From Candidatus Limnocylindrales bacterium (GTDB lineage: Bacteria; Moduliflexota; Moduliflexia; Moduliflexales; JAUQPW01): a DNA stretch of 61,572 nucleotides. The DNA lies in the NCBI GenBank assembly GCA_035559535.1, contig DATMBG010000033.1, positions 1 through 61,572 on the forward strand, in the 5' to 3' direction. Shown here piece after piece: positions 60,125 through 61,572 of the stretch. The position numbers were made by a program, and so were the translations under genes. The notes beneath the pieces are model-generated. The model did not search any database and was not told the DNA's origin. It saw nothing but the letters and a program-made list of their open reading frames with translations. Positions within the stretch are counted from its first letter, which is position 1. Every line of letters starts with the position of its first letter.

Positions 60125-61549
60125 TTATCTTATCTTTTCCTCTACCTGATAGATACCATTGTTCTGGATGACAAGATAACGAAGCTCATTTGGAGAATCA
60201 AAGATAATCCCTCCCCTCGGAGGGGTAAAGATAAAATCATAAGGTTTTCTTTCCTGTCCGTCCACAACGAGAAACAATTTATTTCCTTCCTTAGCCACAT
60301 AAACCACATGCCGGCTGTCGGGACTGAAAACAGGTGTACCCGTTGAGATGCTTTCGTAAACTTTTCCCTCTTTTCCATCTACAACAACAAATTGTTTATT
60401 TCCCACCCCGGCACGATAAGCCATACGCTGGCTATCCGGGCTGAAGAGAAGAGGGTATCCAATTCTGTCATAGGATTTTCCTTCCTCTCCATCTACTACT
60501 ACAAACCATTTATCGCCTTGTTTAGCTCCGTAACCGATCCGCTTACCATCCGGGCTAAAAACCGGCGTGTCCTCTAAAAGGTCATCATAGGGCTTTTGCT
60601 CTCTTCCATCTATAACCACAAAACGTCTCCGATCATCTATAACTTTATAGGCAATGTGTCGGCTATCCGGACTAAAGATGGGAGTATCTACCTCGATTCC
60701 ATCGTAGAGGGTTCCTTCTTTTCCATCCACGACCATCACCCACTTATCGTTTACCTGAGCTACATAAGCCAGGTGCTGGCTGTCCGGACTGAAAGTGAGA
60801 GAACCTGCGGCAATGGCCTGGTAAGGCTTTCCTTCCTTTCCATCCACAACCACGAACCATTTTTCGCCTTCCTCAGCCGCATAGGCAAGATGTTGGCTAT
60901 CCGGGCTGAAAACAAAATTACTTCCAATGCTATCGTAAAGTTTTTCTTCTTTTCCATCCACGACGACAACTCGCTTATCCTTTATACGGGCATTATAAGC
61001 GAACCGCCTGCTATCCGGGCTGAAGATAAAATTGCTTCCAATGCTATCATAAAGCTTTCCCTCTTTTCCATCGATGACTAAAGTCCATCGATCCCCTATT
61101 CTGGCTCCATAAGCTATCCGTTGACCGTCTGGACTAAAAAGAATCTTACCGGATCCAATATCATCGTAGGGTTTCTGCTCGCTTCCACTTACAACCACAA
61201 CTCCTTTAAGACCCTTTCTGACTCCATAGGCTACCTGCCTGCTATCCGGACTAAATACGGGATTACCCTCGCCAATAGCATCGTAAGGTTTTTCTTCTTT
61301 TCCATCTATAACCACGGCCTGTTGCCCCCCTACTCTAACGATATAGGCAATTCGTCTACCGTCCGGACTTATCTTAAAAGACCCTGGTATCCAGGAAGAA
61401 GGATCAATCTGAACAATAAATTTTTCAAATAATCCTTCCTGAGATTTTTCCTCCGCCCAGACCTCTAAAGCTATACAGAGAAGAAAAATAGATAATCCCC
61501 CTATGATACGCTTTCCAACCATGCCCTTAGAACCTCCTCTTCCACCCAC
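60125..61549 (-). CDS. exported WD40/TolB-like beta-propeller repeat protein
   Basis: About ten ~39-aa repeats FSPDSxxxAY...VVVDGKEGKxYD after a signal peptide. Confidence 0.85.
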   Translation of the reverse strand: MGGRGGSKGMVGKRIIGGLSIFLLCIALEVWAEEKSQEGLFEKFIVQIDPSSWIPGSFKISPDGRRIAYIVRVGGQQAVVIDGKEEKPYDAIGEGNPVFSPDSRQVAYGVRKGLKGVVVVSGSEQKPYDDIGSGKILFSPDGQRIAYGARIGDRWTLVIDGKEGKLYDSIGSNFIFSPDSRRFAYNARIKDKRVVVVDGKEEKLYDSIGSNFVFSPDSQHLAYAAEEGEKWFVVVDGKEGKPYQAIAAGSLTFSPDSQHLAYVAQVNDKWVMVVDGKEGTLYDGIEVDTPIFSPDSRHIAYKVIDDRRRFVVIDGREQKPYDDLLEDTPVFSPDGKRIGYGAKQGDKWFVVVDGEEGKSYDRIGYPLLFSPDSQRMAYRAGVGNKQFVVVDGKEGKVYESISTGTPVFSPDSRHVVYVAKEGNKLFLVVDGQERKPYDFIFTPPRGGIIFDSPNELRYLVIQNNGIYQVEEKIR

Positions 61550-61572
61550 GATAGCCTCTCATCTATCTAAAA

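Noticed and set aside
2786-61432. Numerous antisense and alternate-frame ORFs inside long genes
   Set aside because: Shadow ORFs within well-supported CDSs, without family motifs
1-61572. CRISPR array, cas genes, integrase/prophage, rRNA
   Set aside because: No regularly spaced identical repeats with unique spacers and no such genes recognised; the repeats seen are short degenerate tandem units or protein-coding repeats
56644-61572. Integrative element at tRNA-Val
   Set aside because: No integrase and no duplicated tRNA 3' end seen in the window

Overview
Bacterial chromosomal window (moderately AT-rich; phylum cannot be assigned from sequence alone). Positions ~0.1-29.3 kb form an accessory stress/dormancy-like region: truncated CapA, pstCAB-phoU without pstS, two divergent DUF2267 paralogs, Hsp20, MTH1187, phosphoribosyltransferase, radical SAM/methyltransferase, USP, L,D-transpeptidase, an alternative sigma-70 factor, fhs, glucan phosphorylase, AMP/thymidine phosphorylase-like protein and MgtA. 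It carries nine sigma-54 (-24/-12) promoter motifs, eight of them in four back-to-back pairs flanking related AT-rich spacers with TGTC-N9-GACA palindromes, plus MITEs and IS/pseudogene debris. Positions ~29.5-56.6 kb are mostly housekeeping (gltX, glnS, tRNA-Gln, dksA-like, rmlC, leuCD, uppP, clpS, hflX, aroB, tRNA-Val), followed by secreted repeat proteins. Top candidates for novelty: (1) a small membrane protein at 40245-40613 interrupted by an in-frame TGA followed by a SECIS-like hairpin (putative selenoprotein missed by the ORF track); (2) the modular bidirectional sigma-54 regulon; (3) several non-standard expression signals (ACG and ATT starts, a C8-tract frameshift, an RNA-thermometer-like hairpin). 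All family assignments come from motif recognition, not database searches.
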